Shown here: positions 60,997 to 64,000 of the stretch, piece by piece
How positions within the stretch are numbered: position 1 is the first letter of the stretch
Layout: each line of letters begins with the position of its first letter
NCBI GenBank assembly: GCA_004431415.1
Contig: QPMI01000066.1
Coordinates: 434,001-498,000, forward strand
Reading direction: 5' to 3'
Length of the DNA: 64,000 nucleotides
DNA from: Cyanophora paradoxa CCMP329
Lineage: Eukaryota > Plantae > Glaucophyta
Made by a program: the position numbers and the translations under genes
Notes under the pieces: generated by a model
Seen by the model: only the letters and a program-made list of their open reading frames with translations
The model's database searches: none
Told to the model about the DNA's origin: nothing

Positions 60997-63900
60997 ATGC
61001 CGGGGGCGAAGAAGGCGGTCTACGAGCTGACCGACCTGGCCGAGATCTCCAAGGCGCTCCAGGACGTCAATAAACGTGAGAAGAACGTCGATGGCGAGCT
61101 GGACCAGCTCTTCGCGAACCGCACGTCCCTGCAAGCGAAGCTCGACCAGCTCCAAACGCTCCAGTGCGCTTCCGAACGCGCAGTCGCCCTAGCTGCGTTA
61201 GCTGCGCCGGCGGACCGGCCGCGCCCCCGATTTCTCATCGCCGCGCGCCGTCTCCCGCCCAACGCAGGCCGACGCTGGAGCGGGTGCGCGAGGACGCCGA
61301 CGCGCTCTTTGTAAAGATTTCGGAGACGTGCAGGCTTGCCGAGGATGTCAGCGGCAAAGTCCGCGAGCTGGACCTCACGCAGGTCCGCCGCCCGCCGCTG
61401 CCTCGGAGCCCGCGCCGCCTGCGCCCGGCCGACGCCGCGGCGCAGTCGCGAATGGTCTCGACGCTCAAGCGCATCGACACGATTATCCACCTGAAGGCCA
61501 GCCCGCCCCGCCCCGTCCCGCGCCGCCGCCCGCCTCGGCCGCGCTCTCCTGAACCGCGGCGCGCAGGAATGCGGCGAGAAGGTGCAGCAGGCGCTGGCGC
61601 GGGAGGACTACGAGGAGGCCGCGAAGCACGTGGGCTGGTTCCTGGAAGAGGAGAGCTCGCTCCCCGACGAGGCGGGCAAGTCCGACATGCGCTCCCGCAT
61701 CAAGCTCGTCCAGGAGAAGATTCTGACCAAGTTCCGAGCCGCCGCCCACGCGCGCAACCACCAGAACGTCTTCGCGTGCGCCCCTACCCATGCAGGACTT
61801 ATTTCCACTGTTCGGAGTTGAACCCGCGCCCAGGTACACGAAGCTGCTTTCGAGGGTCGGGCTCCGCGCGGAGGGTACCACGGAAGTCTCCCGCTACGTC
61901 CAGGAGGTCGTCCGCAGGTGCCGTACCCCCCTCTCGCCGCAGGGCGCCGGGGTACCCCTCTGAGAGTACGGTACCCCCAGCGAGGCCGAGAAGCTCATCG
62001 ACGAGGCCGCGCGCGTCTCGCCGCCCCCGTATCTCGCACTGGTCCGCCCCGGCTCCCGTACCCCCCTGGAAACCCTGTACCCCCTGCGGAGCCATAACCG
62101 TACCCCCCTCAGGTCTCCAGCCTGCTGGAAACGTTCGCGGGCCGCATCGATCAGGTCGGCAACCTCGCGGAGGAGTGCTTCGGGCAGGGTACAGGCCAGC
62201 GCATCCTCCAGCAGGTACGCCCGCGTACCCCTCCTACCGCGAATCGCGCGGTACCCTTCTGAATCCCCGTACCCCCAGGTCTTCTCGCAGGGGGACGAGC
62301 ACACGTCGTCCGTCCTCAGGCGCTACATCGAGTACAGGAACCTTGCGAACCGGGTACCCCACCCCTCGCATCCGGCGTCTCCGCTAGCCCTGTACCCTGC
62401 CGACTTCTCCCCCCCACAGATCAAGGACGCGAACGCGTCGGGCGGGACGGTGGGCGGGCTGGCGGGGGCGCTGGCGGGGGCGGCGGGGCGCGGGGCCCGG
62501 CGGGGCGGGCGCCGGGGGCGGCGGCGCGGAGCGGGACGTAAGGGAACTGGACGTGCTTCTGGACGAGGCGGCTATGCTCGCCCAGGTCCGTGTCCGCCCG
62601 TGTCCGGGCCGGCCCGGGACGCCCGGGCCGTGTTGGGCCGTGTTGGGCCGTGTTGGGCCGTGCCGTGCCGCGCTGGAAGCGGGCGCCGCCGCCTCTTGCT
62701 AGTTCGCAAAGGGGCCCCGCCGCTTGTTGCAGCGCTGCCGCCCTTCCCCGTCCCCGCCGAGGCCTGCGCTAGCGCGAGCGTTAGGGCCCAAAGGAGCAGC
62801 GTCCGCCGCCCCCGCCTGATGCCCGGCCCTCGCCCGCCGCCGCCCGCGCAGCGCTGCGAACAGTACCACCGTTTCCTCAAGAACACCGCCACGGTCCGCT
62901 CCGCCCCCTATGAAGTCCGCGCTCCCCCTCACCTCTCGCTCGCCCCCCGCAGAACGCGTACAAGGCGGCGGGCGGGGAGGCGGGCCTCGACGTGCCCTCG
63001 ATGATCCGCGGCTCGATCTCCTTCCGCGTCCTCCAGGAGCTCATCTCCCACTACGTCGGCCTCGAGCAGGCGCGCCCCCTCCGTCTTCCTTACTACTCAC
63101 ATGCTTAGTCGCTCTGCTCGCTTAGATGATCCTGAAGGCTTAGATGCTTAGATGCTTAGAAAAGTTACGTCGGCCTAGAAACAGTTAGAAAAGTTGCTTA
63201 GGCCTAGAGCAGGCACGCCCCGCCCGCCGGCCGCTTAGAGCTTAGACGCTTAGAGCGCTTAGAGCGCTTAGAGACGCTTAGAGCGCCAGAGCAAGCGGGC
63301 GATGCTGAGATGCTGCGTCGGCCCCTCGAAGAACACTTGGACGCTTAGACGCTTTAGACGGTTAGACGCTTAGACGGAGCGGTGTTTAGCCCTTCGAAAC
63401 ATTAGAAGCGAACGAAGCTTAGACGCTTAGTCGCCTCCCCCGCCCGATGGTTGCTTAGAGCCTAGACGCTTCGACGCTTAGCCCTTCGAAACATCCCGCA
63501 CCGCTCGCTCACGGGCCGCCCCCCTCCTCCCCGCAGATATTCATGCAGGACAACGTGGGCAAGGCGATACGCATCGAGGAGGCCATCCCCGGGGGTTACA
63601 CCACCTCCCTCGTCGACGAGGTCCGCCCCCGAGAAAGCAAAGCCATCTGAGCCGTCTGATCTGACCTCTTTCTCCCCCCCCTCCCCCCAGGTCTTCTTCG
63701 TGATGCGGAAGAGCGCCCAGCGCGCCATCGCCACCGGCAGGCGAGCGGGGGCCCCCCTCCTCGCTCCCCCTCGCCCCTTCCATCGGCTGACGCCGTCCCC
63801 GCCCCCGCAGCGCGGCGGCGGTCACGGCGACGCTCTCCAACCTCGTGGGCGTACTCGGCAAGGTGCCTTGCTAGCTAGCTTTCTCTGACCGAACCTAGAT

Positions 63901-64000
63901 CCAAAGAACTCTAGCCACCTTCATCCGATCAAACCTAGATCTAAAGAACTCGACCAGAGCTAACCAACCTTCCGTCCCTTCTAGCGCCCGCCTTTCTTTC
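60997..64000 (+). CDS. COG4: Conserved oligomeric Golgi complex subunit 4, partial (runs off the right edge)
   Basis: ISETCRLAEDVSGKVRELDLTQ|SR, ALAREDYEEAAKHV, ELDVLLDE, LQELISHYVGLEQ|IFMQDNVGKAI, TTSLVDE|VFFVMRKSAQRAIATG. Confidence 0.92.

Noticed and set aside
63120-63480. GCTTAGA repeats as interstitial telomere
   Set aside because: Irregular spacing and no G-run telomeric unit. Treated as intronic filler.

Overview
This is intron-dense, GC-rich eukaryotic nuclear DNA: short spliceosomal introns, GTGCGC or GC donors and C-rich intron interiors. The style suggests a protist or alga such as the glaucophyte Cyanophora, but that is inference only. The six-frame ORF track is mostly exon fragments and antisense shadows, so genes were reassembled by hand from splice sites, and exon-level models are approximate. 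About 13 genes are supported, left to right: a partial BTB/POZ gene; a ~12.4-kb secreted multidomain glycoside hydrolase (GH42-like at the N-terminus, GH16 at the C-terminus); an F-box gene; a TmcB-like polytopic membrane protein; a ~7-kb lower-GC gene for a Cys-repeat protein; a SENP6/7(Ulp2)-type SUMO-protease domain fused through a coiled coil to a C3HC4 RING; a purple acid phosphatase; a hypothetical gene; a Cys/Tyr-Asn-repeat protein; an ADP-ribosylglycohydrolase; a second BTB gene; succinyl-CoA ligase alpha; and a partial COG4. The strongest novelty candidate is the Ulp1-RING gene. Its protease domain keeps the substrate-binding motifs but has lost both the catalytic Cys and Asp, the architecture expected of a pseudoprotease SUMO reader coupled to a ubiquitin E3. 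Other notable signals are long introns built from copies of their own exon-intron junctions, frequent GC-AG introns, a strand-biased GTACCCC motif, palindrome-patterned upstream regions and small MITE-like elements.
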